Source: a virus. From it: a stretch of DNA of 64,000 nucleotides. The notes beneath the pieces were generated by a model. The model saw nothing but the letters and a program-made list of their open reading frames with translations. It was not told the DNA's origin and did no database searches. The stretch lies in IMG/VR virus record IMGVR_UViG_3300028377_000007, positions 1 through 64,000 of that record; one strand, 5' to 3'. The stretch's first letter is position 1. Each line of letters starts with the position of its first letter. Below, piece after piece: positions 50,474-60,778 of the stretch. Both the position numbers and the translations under genes were made by a program.

Positions 50474-51616
50474 TCATATATAAATATTCCTTCCAAATGG
50501 GGCTGGACCGACATTCTCTGTCAACAAAGTAATTTGTTTTGCGCGGGTTCTTTTCACATTCCAATCTGTATAACCATCTGTAATTGTTAATATAACATTC
50601 GGCTTTAATTTGTCAACATCCTCAATCGCTTTTCTCATCGAAGTTCCGCCGCCACCTAAAGCACAAATACTTTCGATGCTTTTAACTTGCTGTATGTTGT
50701 GTATTTCACAATCGGCGGAAATTATTTTTACATCATCGAATCTTTTTAATATAGCATTGACCTCCGACAAAACTTTGTTTCCTTCTGAATTCATTGACCC
50801 AGAAGTGTCTAGAATTACTGCGATAGATGGTTGCCTAGAATATGGAGAAGGAAAAATTAAATCGCCGCAATTTCTTCTATGATTAATTTTTGAATAAGTG
50901 ACATCATCATAGCCTCTTTTGATTATGCTTGCTATTCTACTTTTTAATTCTTTTCTATAATCGACTTTTGGCGGGGCCAATTGAAAATCTGCCCATATTT
51001 TCATTCCAATTGGAACATTCCCCTTTTCTTTAGAATGAGACTTTATGGCTTTTGCGGTTTCTTTTATAATACAATCAGCCATATACCCATCTATCCCTTC
51101 ATATTCCTCTGGTGTTCCTCCGTCTTTTGCCTCATTATATTCCCATTCCCTTTTTATACCATCCGAACAAGATCCTCCAAAAGTTGATTCCCCGCTTTCT
51201 TTCTCGCTCTTTCCTTTCTTTTTTTCTTCTCTATAATACTCTTCAGCGGTTAATCCATCCTCCATCGAAATTTGGTGGGGAAGACAAAAATCGAAAGGAA
51301 AAGGGAGGTCTTTTATGTCATCGTTTATTTCTCTATCTGTGGCATGATTCCAAGCCATAGCTTCTCTATTTGAAATTCTTTCGTGGTGTTTTCTTAGTAA
51401 GTGGGATAGCTCATGAATTAAAACTGTGGCAGTTACTTTTTCCCCCCATTTTTCAATTGTTTCTTCGGAATAATAACATCTCCAGAATTTATCTACACCC
51501 ATTGTTTCCAAGCCGTCAACTTTGATCATTTTCATAGAAAACAATCCAGTAGAGTAATAGGGGAACTTATGGGCCGCATAATATCGGGCCATTCTTATTT
51601 TTTCACTTTTATCCAT
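50474..51616 (-). CDS. DUF2201 metallopeptidase plus vWA domain protein
   Basis: LIHELSH, WN.A.D.EIN, LDTSGSM (MIDAS), GGGT, ITDGY. Confidence 0.9.
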   Translation of the reverse strand: MDKSEKIRMARYYAAHKFPYYSTGLFSMKMIKVDGLETMGVDKFWRCYYSEETIEKWGEKVTATVLIHELSHLLRKHHERISNREAMAWNHATDREINDDIKDLPFPFDFCLPHQISMEDGLTAEEYYREEKKKGKSEKESGESTFGGSCSDGIKREWEYNEAKDGGTPEEYEGIDGYMADCIIKETAKAIKSHSKEKGNVPIGMKIWADFQLAPPKVDYRKELKSRIASIIKRGYDDVTYSKINHRRNCGDLIFPSPYSRQPSIAVILDTSGSMNSEGNKVLSEVNAILKRFDDVKIISADCEIHNIQQVKSIESICALGGGGTSMRKAIEDVDKLKPNVILTITDGYTDWNVKRTRAKQITLLTENVGPAPFGRNIYI

Positions 51617-51617
51617 T

Positions 51618-52688
51618 TTAAGAACCCTCTAGGGACTTTCTTACTTCAACGAATTTTCTTATAAGACTTTTTTCAAAAATCTTGGGAATACCATAGTTTT
51701 TATTGATATTTTTTAGATTTTTAGAAGACATAACGGCGATATCAGACTTCTTATTTTGGCAAAGATGTTCTAATACTTCCCATCCTTTGTTCCATCTTTC
51801 CTCACTATTATTATCTCTAATTCTATTAATCACGCTATTAATAGTTAACATAGAAATATCATCTCTTTTTGAAATTTTCCAGCTTCTTGGCTTTCTTAGA
51901 ATTTCTTCTGGATCTGGCAAATCCAATGTTTTTTTCCAATTTACAAATTCAATTGCTGCTGATTCTCCAACGCAACCAGCAATAAAAGGGAAGGGATCTT
52001 CATTTAAAGATTCTGAAGCCGCAATAACAGTCGCCACGTTTGTCCAAGAGCGATACGAAGGCCAAGCCTCCCCTTGATTATCTCTGTCTTCTGGCATTTT
52101 GTTTGCTAGATCAGAATTTAAATTCAAGAAAGACGCCACATAATTTCTTGCGTCTTGAATCCCGTCTTTCCAATTTTTCGGCAAATCAAAATAATCCTCT
52201 GATTCAAAATTAGAAAGTAGTTTATTTGTCCACGTATTTAGATCCATTTTCCAATCCAAGTGACAAAACCTATTCGCCATAGGCGGTTCCAAATCGCTTC
52301 CATCTGCCGCTTCTTCTGGTGGATTTGACGCCGCTATAATAATAGTAGAATCTGGAAGAGAAAAAGAGTGAATTTTGCGACTTTGAATTAATGTCAAAGC
52401 TGGAGCTTGAACGCTTGGCCTTGCAGTCGTCAATTCATCAAAAAACAAAATACTTTTCTCTGCTTTCTCTAGCCTTTCCAACCAATCTGGCGGAGCAAAA
52501 ACTGTTCTTCCGTTTTTAATAAAAGGAATGCCACCGACATCTGATGGGTCTCTTTGGCTTAGAACCAATGTTTCACAATGATAGCCGAGTTTTCTAGCTA
52601 TGCTTTCTATCGCCGATGATTTTCCTTGACCGGGACTTGACCAATAAATTGTAGGTATACCCGCAAATGCTGGAATTAGTTGTTTCAT
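51618..52688 (-). CDS. MoxR-like AAA+ ATPase
   Basis: SSPGQGKS, FFDEL, AASNP, ANRF, SYRSW; adjacent to the vWA gene. Confidence 0.9.
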   Translation of the reverse strand: MKQLIPAFAGIPTIYWSSPGQGKSSAIESIARKLGYHCETLVLSQRDPSDVGGIPFIKNGRTVFAPPDWLERLEKAEKSILFFDELTTARPSVQAPALTLIQSRKIHSFSLPDSTIIIAASNPPEEAADGSDLEPPMANRFCHLDWKMDLNTWTNKLLSNFESEDYFDLPKNWKDGIQDARNYVASFLNLNSDLANKMPEDRDNQGEAWPSYRSWTNVATVIAASESLNEDPFPFIAGCVGESAAIEFVNWKKTLDLPDPEEILRKPRSWKISKRDDISMLTINSVINRIRDNNSEERWNKGWEVLEHLCQNKKSDIAVMSSKNLKNINKNYGIPKIFEKSLIRKFVEVRKSLEGS

Positions 52689-52704
52689 ATTCTTATGTTT
52701 TAGT

Positions 52705-53511
52705 TTATTGTTTGTTATTGAATACCACAAGACTCAAATCATCGAAATGGCTCAGGTTTTCTTTTTTTTGAGTTTTTTCGAATTTTTCTAATCTTCTTTC
52801 AACGAATTTGCCAGAAAAGTTCTTAAAGTCAAGCATTTTTTGTATGGAAATTATAGATTTTTCATCTGAAAAGGATTCTATCCCGTCACTCGTTAGAGCT
52901 ATCCATTCGTAATCAAGGCAACCTGAATAAAAATGCGTTTGGTTTTTGTCCGAGAAATTTAAATCTTGTTCTGGAACGCTTTCGCATTTAAGGTTACTAA
53001 AAAAACTTTCTTGCTTTCTTTTATATTCCCCACTTAAAAATTCACCCCTATTATTTTTAAAAAAAGAATAAAACGGATAAAAAGGAGCAGAATTTTCAAA
53101 CTCGATTGTTGTTCTTTCTATATGACCACTTTTGTATTTAACAACAATATTTCCGTCTCCAAATATGCCATATTGTGTGATATTTTTTTTCTTGTGGTGC
53201 AAGACACATAAAAGAGTAGAAGAAAGGTTTTCTTCTAATTCTGAAACAATAAATTGACTATTCTCTAATCTAGTAAAAATGTTTATCAAAAACATATCCC
53301 AGAAGTTTTTCGTTTCAAAGATTTTTTCTAAACTATCTAAATTATTTTTTGCGGCATGAGCAACCAATCTTGCGCCGAAATCTGTATTTTTAGCTCCACT
53401 ACAACCGTCACAAAGAAAACCATAAACAAAATGTTCTGTTTCTCCATGAAGCGCATAATCTTGACAAATTTTATGTTTATCACCGATAATATAATGCGAA
53501 TCTATATTCAT
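52705..53511 (-). CDS. PP2C-family protein phosphatase (YegK-like)
   Basis: G..H.ICQD, CDGCS, STL, GDG, TSDG, DD.S. Confidence 0.88.
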   Translation of the reverse strand: MNIDSHYIIGDKHKICQDYALHGETEHFVYGFLCDGCSGAKNTDFGARLVAHAAKNNLDSLEKIFETKNFWDMFLINIFTRLENSQFIVSELEENLSSTLLCVLHHKKKNITQYGIFGDGNIVVKYKSGHIERTTIEFENSAPFYPFYSFFKNNRGEFLSGEYKRKQESFFSNLKCESVPEQDLNFSDKNQTHFYSGCLDYEWIALTSDGIESFSDEKSIISIQKMLDFKNFSGKFVERRLEKFEKTQKKENLSHFDDLSLVVFNNKQ

Positions 53512-53591
53512 TTTTACTCAGATAAAATATCTTTTTTGTTCTGCAAACTTTTCTCTTTTTATTTTTGCAATTACTTTGTCGCCTATTTTCA

Positions 53592-54515
53592 TTATATTAT
53601 CCCATTCCACAAAAGCCTTTCAATAATCGGATTATGCAATTTCTCTATTTCTGGCAATTTTTTTGTTTTAAACCACTTTAATTTTTGTATGTCGTCTTGG
53701 GCTTTAAACTTAGTGCCTTCTTTTATGGAAACTTGAAAAACGGAAGTTCTAATCTTGTTTTTTGTTTTATTGTATCTTGGATCATCAATGTTTATATTTC
53801 CTAGATAACGAAGGTCTTCTTCTTTTACTGTAATATTTGTTTCCTCGAATAATTCCCTTATCGCGTCTTCTTCATAATCTTCGCTATTTGGATCGGCAAA
53901 ACCGCCAACGATGCGCCAAGAAGTTTGATTTGTTTTTTGTGCCAAAAGAACCTTTGTTTGCTCCAAATTAGTTATTACAATATCAACCGTTGGAATAACC
54001 GTTGGAAATTGATTATTTAAACAATAAACTATTCCTTTTTGGAAATCCTCATTAAGAATCTCTTTGTTTATTGATTCTCTGACCTCTGTTGCGGAAATGT
54101 TTTCCTCTGCTTGAATGTCTTTTTTCTCGAAAGAACCGTTATAAGGAAAGGAATCTCTGCTTCCATAAAGGGTAATTTTGTCGTAGCCTTTTATTTTCTT
54201 GATTTGGGAATCTAAATTTTTAGACCAAATATCTAAATTGTATACATCTTTAATTTCTAGAAAATGTAGTTTTGGACTTTTCTTTAATAACAGTATGCTT
54301 TTTATGTATAGCAAACACCTTTTTATGATGCATTTTCTGTAATTAAATGATAAAGGATTTCTATTGGTTTTGCCATCTAATTTCGATGAGCCAATAAAAA
54401 CTGCTATGCCATCGACCTTATTTTTTAAAATAACTTCTCTAAATAAATTTTCGTGCCCTTCTGTTAAAAATGGGGACTGAAATCTACCGACTATTACTGC
54501 TAGTTTTTTTGACAT
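53592..54515 (-). CDS. nadM: bifunctional NMN/NaMN adenylyltransferase plus Nudix (ADP-ribose pyrophosphatase), NadM-Nudix type
   Basis: GRFQ..L.EGH, IGS, RNPL.F..R, SAT.VR; Nudix box GGF.D...ED.EEDAIRELFEET, DPRY, A.DD. Confidence 0.88.
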   Translation of the reverse strand: MSKKLAVIVGRFQSPFLTEGHENLFREVILKNKVDGIAVFIGSSKLDGKTNRNPLSFNYRKCIIKRCLLYIKSILLLKKSPKLHFLEIKDVYNLDIWSKNLDSQIKKIKGYDKITLYGSRDSFPYNGSFEKKDIQAEENISATEVRESINKEILNEDFQKGIVYCLNNQFPTVIPTVDIVITNLEQTKVLLAQKTNQTSWRIVGGFADPNSEDYEEDAIRELFEETNITVKEEDLRYLGNINIDDPRYNKTKNKIRTSVFQVSIKEGTKFKAQDDIQKLKWFKTKKLPEIEKLHNPIIERLLWNGII

Positions 54516-55269
54516 TTTTTTATGTATTTATTATATTTACGGATTCCACTCGGGAATTTTTTCATATTCTTCTTTAGACATAGAAACTTCTTGTATTTCG
54601 ACAATTGATTCTTTCCCTATTAAATCGAAAAGCTCTTTAATTGTCGAGTTTTTTGGGAGTATCAAATCTTGAATTCCTCCGTCGAATATGATTTTGTAAT
54701 ACATAATATTAGTCGAAATGTATCTTGATTTTTTTTACTTCTGAGATCGGGAAAATAATAATATCTTTTTCATCCCAAAAAGAAACAACTTCATTATTAT
54801 CGCCAAAAGGAGTAGTTTGTCTTATCATTTTTCTATTATTTAAATACTAAGATTTGTGCTAGGACCACCAGTTCCAAGGCTTTGGCTCGAACTAGAAATA
54901 GACCTAGAAACGAAATCTGCTAATTTAGCCAAGCTTTTTGCGGTAACTCCGTTGATGAAAATGAATTGAGTTCTTGCATTTTTTTATCAGATTCTGAATC
55001 TATTTTTATAATACCGCTATTTGGTATATCTATAAACTTAATTAAATTATTAAATTGTTTAAAAGCGTTCGGATTTTTTTCTGTGTCATAACACTTTTTA
55101 AAACAAAACATCGTTGTCGGGACATTATTCTCTGATAGAGTCTTCATACATTCTTGAATAATGTCTTCCTTTTCTTTTTCTTCTGGAAATTTTTCAAGAA
55201 ACTCTCTGTTCTTTTTATCCGCTTCTGCCTGTTCTGCCTCGAATTGCTCTATATTTATATTTTTTCATT

Positions 55270-55595
55270 TTATTTTTCTTCTACTGAGATAATATTTCTG
55301 TATTTTGAAAAGATAGGGAGTCTAAAGCCGTATACGGATGCTTCGTATTCTTCATTTTTTTGAATATTTCCGTAAATATCTGAACTATCGAATTTAAAAT
55401 ACATAATAGAATCGGTATTCTCAAACGTTTCTTCTTTCGTGTAGATTAAATATTTTGAATCACCGCTTTTAACAATTCTTTCTTTATCTGTAACTACTAT
55501 ATTTAGAGTTTCCTTTGTTATATATGGATAGCTAATAAAAGCTGCCACAACAAATAAAATAATAGCTACTACAATATATACTTCTTTGTTTTTCA
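55270..55595 (-). CDS. membrane-anchored phage protein (DUF1523-like)
   Basis: TM helix, then VTDKER...KYLIYT...FENTDS...KFDSSD...V.G.R.P..S.YRNII. Confidence 0.7.
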
Positions 55596-56384
55596 TGAAA
55601 AGAATTTGTCGGAAGTTGTAATTTGGATTCCCTTGCTTTTTGCCCAATTCATAAAATCATCATGAAAAGACTCAAAACCAGTTACTGGACTCATACAATC
55701 TTCGAGAAGGACTAATTTTTTGGCTTGTTCTTCTCCGAATTGATCAACACAATCTTCTATTGTTGTTTTAACACAGTGGGAGCTTGCTTGACCCGACACA
55801 AGGATTCTGTCTGCTTCTTGTAACCTTTGAATAAAAGATGTATTAATATCTGTGCTTGGGTCTTCTGGGTCAAGAACATCAGCTTGAATAGCGGAATAAT
55901 GTTCTGTAAATGGATTTGAACCCTTCGTTACCCAATCTACCAAAGCAAATTCTTTTTGCCATTCAATCAACGCATCAGAAAAAGAAGGAAAAACAGCATA
56001 ACCTTTTGTGCCGATCAAACAATGTTCTGGCCAAATAAACAAACTATACCTGCCGTTTTCTTCTAGCTTTCTAACATAGGATTCTGCCCTTGATTGAAAA
56101 GAGGGATTATAAGTCTTATATTTACCGTTTTTAACATCTTCTAGACTGATTGGGGTAAATGGCGAAGGATGGTTCCCATTACTATCAACCCAAAAAATAG
56201 GGTGAGCAACATGAACCACTTGATGACTATCCAATGTTACTCGAACATCATCAATTTTTTCTTTATGCTTGATTAGCATCGAAGCCAATCTATCCATATC
56301 TTTTTCCGCCCCATTGACATAAAGCGAACCGTTTGGATCGCAGAAATCATTTTGCGGATCAATTGTTAATAGTGTGATTTTCAT
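55593..56384 (-). CDS. pncA: nicotinamidase-like cysteine hydrolase
   Basis: IDPQNDFC, TLDSH, WPEHC, KG, GQASSHCV (catalytic D-K-C plus metal ligands). Confidence 0.85.
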   Translation of the reverse strand: MKITLLTIDPQNDFCDPNGSLYVNGAEKDMDRLASMLIKHKEKIDDVRVTLDSHQVVHVAHPIFWVDSNGNHPSPFTPISLEDVKNGKYKTYNPSFQSRAESYVRKLEENGRYSLFIWPEHCLIGTKGYAVFPSFSDALIEWQKEFALVDWVTKGSNPFTEHYSAIQADVLDPEDPSTDINTSFIQRLQEADRILVSGQASSHCVKTTIEDCVDQFGEEQAKKLVLLEDCMSPVTGFESFHDDFMNWAKSKGIQITTSDKFFS

Positions 56385-56588
56385 ATTTTTATTAGTGATT
56401 AGTTATTAGTTTTTGATGTATAAATTTTAAAAATTACTATATCTTTTTCTTTGTCTACAAAGTAATCATATTTATAAACTTCAACGTTCTTTTCTTTGGC
56501 GGAAAATTCATCCCCGAAATTTGTAATTATATCGCTTAGTTTTATTTCTTGGTATTGAATGTAAAGATTTTGTTTTTCTTTTGGCATT

Positions 56589-56849
56589 TTATTCCTCTTC
56601 GTTTTTTTCTTTGTTTTTTTCTTTGTTTTTTTCTTTGTTTTTTTCTTCGTTTTTAATGTGTTCTTCTAGTAATCCAGTAATAAAATCAGAAACCTCCTGA
56701 TCTGTCAAATCTTTTTTTTCTTTGCCCAATTTTTCTGCAACCATTTGGTCAAATTCGTCAGTAGTTTCTACTTCAGCATTAACGCTTCCGTCTTTATTCT
56801 CTCGAACGTTTAGAAACTTGATAAGTTTTTTATTTTTGCTATCTTTCAT
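56589..56849 (-). CDS. hypothetical protein with a (KNKE)3 tail
   Basis: 12-bp tandem repeat at ~56600-56645; own promoter. Confidence 0.7.
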   Translation of the reverse strand: MKDSKNKKLIKFLNVRENKDGSVNAEVETTDEFDQMVAEKLGKEKKDLTDQEVSDFITGLLEEHIKNEEKNKEKNKEKNKEKNEEE

Positions 56850-56995
56850 GGTTTTTATTATGAATTTTTTTTCGGTTTAGTCAAGGGTTTTTTGCGGGGT
56901 TTCTTATTTTTTTTGAAAATATTGTCGTAGTTGTCTCTGAATTTAGAAAAATTAGTTACTCTGTTTTTATCGCCTTTGCCGTTCATATCTGGTTG

Positions 56996-57138
56996 CCGTT
57001 CTTTTAAACCTACAAAAATCTAAAGCCATCTTTTTAAGATATAAACTCTCGATTTTTTGTTAAATTCCTGCTTCGCGTTTCATCAGAAACTCCTAGAATA
57101 GATGCGGCATCACTAATTGATAGAATTTTTTTATTCAT
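56996..57138 (-). mobile_element. internally deleted IS607 relic (tnpA 5' end fused to the tnpB 3'/right end)
   Basis: MNKKILSISDAASILGVSDET joined to a near copy of 37919..37997 ending AAAAGAACGG. Confidence 0.85.
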
Positions 57139-57230
57139 CCACCCCCTCCATATTTGCAAAAAAACTTATCGTATTTTTAAATTTTTCATTTGACGGCATC
57201 CCTTCTGGTACAAATATTTGCACCCCAAAG

Positions 57231-57494
57231 TCAAGAAGATTTTTGGGATTTTTTTATTAAATCAATTATTTCCTGCTTGTCAGATTCTTTGAAGATTATT
57301 TCGTCAAAATTTCCGTATTTAGATTTATAACCAAAAATATACTTGACTCCAAGAAAAACCCTTTTTAAAAATCTTTTTTCTAACAAATGAAAGGTAAGAT
57401 AAAAATCTTCTCCATCCCAAGTAAAAATCACTTGATGCTCTGGGGAAAAACAAGAACAAATAAATAATTTCTGTTCCATATTAAAAGTTCCCAA
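57231..57494 (-). CDS. conserved phage hypothetical protein
   Basis: CSC.S.EH...HL....FLKR...GVKYIFGY.S.YG.FDE. Confidence 0.7.
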   Translation of the reverse strand: MGTFNMEQKLFICSCFSPEHQVIFTWDGEDFYLTFHLLEKRFLKRVFLGVKYIFGYKSKYGNFDEIIFKESDKQEIIDLIKKSQKSS

Positions 57495-58371
57495 AGTTTA
57501 CTTGAAAACATGGTACCCCCAATCTATTGCGAACCATTTCAACAACTTGGTCCCTGTCATCGAACCACAACAATACGTTTTCTTTGTCTGTAATATTTTT
57601 CATAAACATCTCATATTTAACAAGAGAATCTTTTCTATGATCCTTTGTATCTCTGAGTATCAAGTGAGGGTTTTCGATCCCGCATTTTACCTCTAAAAAT
57701 CTGATTGTTTCATCGCGGCAAATACCAACATCTTCTCTTGCTGAGAAAAAGATAATTTTATATTGCGGCGAATCCATTTTGCCCAACACAACTAATAAGG
57801 CTTGGTTTGCTTCGTCTTCAAAAACCCTGTCTCCATCGTAAGGACTTCTATCTGTAACTCTGTTTGCAATAGTACCATCCAAATCACAGATAATAAACTT
57901 TTCATATGAACCCAAAGAAACCTTATTTGTTTCTCCATGCCAAACTACTTTATTACCTTCTGGCAAAGTCAAGCCCAACCATTGTCTTTTAATAATATCT
58001 TCTGGGGCTTTCCTTTCCCTGTTTGAATTTCTTTCGCAAGCCTCATTCAAGGAAACGGGAAAATAGTGCCATTCAATCAAAGCATCATTTTGTTTTGCAA
58101 CACTTTCTAAACCAATTCTGTTTTTTGGATTGTAATGTGTCGCATCTACAATTGGAGTTTTATCTAATTGCAAAGACTTGACCACGCGAGAATAAAGGGT
58201 ATCGAAAACAAGTTTCCCGTTTGACTGGTTATTTTCGTCGCCAAAAAGTTCCTTCCTGATCGAATCACTAGAAATATAATCGGTGAATCCACTGATATTA
58301 TTATTTTCGTTGGACGCCCAAGTACTTTTGCCAGAACACGAACATCCGATTGTTGCTACGATTGTTTTCAT
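57481..58371 (-). CDS. pseT: polynucleotide 5'-kinase/3'-phosphatase (T4 PseT-like)
   Basis: G.SCSGKST P-loop, SSD.IR, VDAT, RN..R; HAD DLDGT, SAR, D.R.D...K, FDDR. Confidence 0.92.
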   Translation of the reverse strand: MKTIVATIGCSCSGKSTWASNENNNISGFTDYISSDSIRKELFGDENNQSNGKLVFDTLYSRVVKSLQLDKTPIVDATHYNPKNRIGLESVAKQNDALIEWHYFPVSLNEACERNSNRERKAPEDIIKRQWLGLTLPEGNKVVWHGETNKVSLGSYEKFIICDLDGTIANRVTDRSPYDGDRVFEDEANQALLVVLGKMDSPQYKIIFFSAREDVGICRDETIRFLEVKCGIENPHLILRDTKDHRKDSLVKYEMFMKNITDKENVLLWFDDRDQVVEMVRNRLGVPCFQVNFGNF

Positions 58372-58830
58372 TATTGGATAGAATGCTGATTTTTTCGCAG
58401 AAGTCAAGAACAAAAAAATCATTACCTGTCAAGAAAAATTATTTTTCAACTTATTGTTTTAATTTTTTCTGTTTTTTTGTTTCTGCGTTTATAAGATAGT
58501 AGTTTTTTTGTTTCTTTAACTCTTTTTTTGATTTATAGTTATCGAAAGAATCTAGTGCGGCTTTTTCACTTTGGTATTTTGAGCCGTTAATAAAATCGTA
58601 AAGATATATGGAATCTTCTTTTCTGTTGTTTAGTTCTTTGCCAGTTTTTGTTTTTACTATTTCCTCTGTAAATTTACCATTTTTGAAAATTACGCTTTTA
58701 AAAGTAATAATCGCGTCATCTTTCCACTCAGAAATAATAATCCAAGGTTTTTTCTTGGATTTTTTTAACTTTTTGCCGAATTTCTTTTCTTCGGCGGGAA
58801 GTTGTTTTTTCTTTTTGAACTCTGCTTTTT

Positions 58831-59631
58831 CTAAAGACATGCTATTTTTGTTACCTCTTCTATAATTGCTTTTTTATTACATGCATATGTACCACAAGTA
58901 GAAAAAGCGTTAAATTCTAACAAATAAAACTCTTCGTCTTGACCTTGGCAAATATCCACTGAGAATACTTTATCTGGCATATTACCACGCTTTAAGATCT
59001 TGTCAACTAAATTTGTTGCTTTTATTGGTGCGGAAGGAATTTTAGTATCCAATCCGTGAAATTTATAAGAGCTAACAGCAATAATCTTTTCTTCGGAGCA
59101 AATAAATCTCCATTCTCCAATAATATTTTTGGGAGTAGAAATAATAACTAATTCGTCACTTTTCATTCCATACTGTAGATTCTGTTCAAAAACGCTATCG
59201 AAGTCTTTTAAATCAATTACCTGACCCGCGAAAGATTTTAATCCATTATCTGGTCGAACAAAAATACAAGCTTCTTTTCCATATTTAGAATAAACATCCC
59301 ATTTTTGGCGCATAAGCTCTGATGCGGGAAGAATTATATATTTATCATTAAACAATAAATCTCCAAATCTTGGATAATATTTTGAACATAAATAATTTTC
59401 TTCTGTTAGCCAAACTATGGGCCAGCATGTTTTTAATTCTTCTTTTAGTTTTAACCCAAGTTGTATGCTTCCGTTGAAAATAATGCATCTGTTTTCTGGT
59501 TTATATTTTAATTCATAAGCGCACCAGCTATTTAAAACAACACATTCTAAATTTTGATTTTTTACTTCCGCGATAAGTTCTTTATAATTATTATCGTTAG
59601 TAAAATCTTCTATTATCCAAAGTGGCTTCAT
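58831..59631 (-). CDS. ATP-grasp protein (DUF4343/R2K family)
   Basis: FVRP....KSF.G, EWRF, VDI, LEFN..ST.G.Y. Confidence 0.82.
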   Translation of the reverse strand: MKPLWIIEDFTNDNNYKELIAEVKNQNLECVVLNSWCAYELKYKPENRCIIFNGSIQLGLKLKEELKTCWPIVWLTEENYLCSKYYPRFGDLLFNDKYIILPASELMRQKWDVYSKYGKEACIFVRPDNGLKSFAGQVIDLKDFDSVFEQNLQYGMKSDELVIISTPKNIIGEWRFICSEEKIIAVSSYKFHGLDTKIPSAPIKATNLVDKILKRGNMPDKVFSVDICQGQDEEFYLLEFNAFSTCGTYACNKKAIIEEVTKIACL

Positions 59632-60292
59632 CTTCTAACCAATTTTCCTGTTTTTTCAAAAAGTTCTACATTAAAATAAAATGCCCCATGATCTTCTATA
59701 TTTGAATATATTGAATAAGTTTCATTGGTATACGAATTGAATTTCCTATAAACAGGATACACTACGTACCTCTCTTTGTTACTCCATATATATGAATGCG
59801 AAAATTGTGTTGTTCCGATTTCCTCTATCTTTGACGGCGGTTTGTGAAAAATTCTCTTGTACCAAGGTTGTTTTTTGAATTTCATTTCGCCATTTTTATC
59901 AATATAACCATCTTTTCTTTCTCCAGTTATAGAATCTACCGAAACGAATCTTAAACCATTATTTTCTTTACTCATATTAATATCCCCGACACATTCTACA
60001 AAGAATTTCGCTTATTCTAGGAATGTCTTTTTTATCTATATCTGTTTGACTTATGTTAAAAAGTGGCGAGTAAATACTATAAAGCTCTCCCGCCATTTGA
60101 TATTTATATTTTGATTCTGAATTTAAAAAGTTATCTAGAAATTTTTTGTCCTCTTCTTTTATTTTGTATTTAGAAAAAAGGTCTTTTATTAGATCTTTAG
60201 AGTCTTCTGTCAAAGAAATTAAAGAACGCTTGCTATTCTTTTTTTCTATTCTTTCGGGCGTAACAAATACTGTTGTTTCTACTATTGACATA

Positions 60293-60778
60293 TTAGGTCC
60301 ACATTTGTTCTTTATATTTAACGATTTTTGTTAAATATTTCATGTCTTTTTCCTCTAGCTCTTTTTGAAATTCCTTCCATTCTCCGTAATTGACACTAAA
60401 AGAATTTTCTATTTTCTCCTCTAGAGCGGGTCTATCAACTTTGATATAATTGTAACATTCTTTTATAAAATCACCGAATTCTTTCCAAGGGGGTTCATCC
60501 ATAACCGTCATTTCAAAAGTTTTTTCTTCCTCAATAAAATGAACCACACACCCAAAAAGAAAATCTGTTATTAATTCTGGCTTATCGCACCATTCGTTGT
60601 AAGAAATATGTTTTTTGATCCATTTTTGGCGCGGATTAAAAAAGAATCTAATCTTCCATGCCCAATTTGTAAAATGTGTTGGAAAAATAAGTTCCCAACA
60701 CCAAAAAATAAACATCAATGGTTTTTCTATAATAAAGGGATACTCTCCGCAGATCAGTTTTAATTTTATGTTATACAT
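60293..60778 (-). CDS. hypothetical protein, paralog of 31462..32013
   Basis: Same shared motif as 31462..32013. Confidence 0.75.
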   Translation of the reverse strand: MYNIKLKLICGEYPFIIEKPLMFIFWCWELIFPTHFTNWAWKIRFFFNPRQKWIKKHISYNEWCDKPELITDFLFGCVVHFIEEEKTFEMTVMDEPPWKEFGDFIKECYNYIKVDRPALEEKIENSFSVNYGEWKEFQKELEEKDMKYLTKIVKYKEQMWT

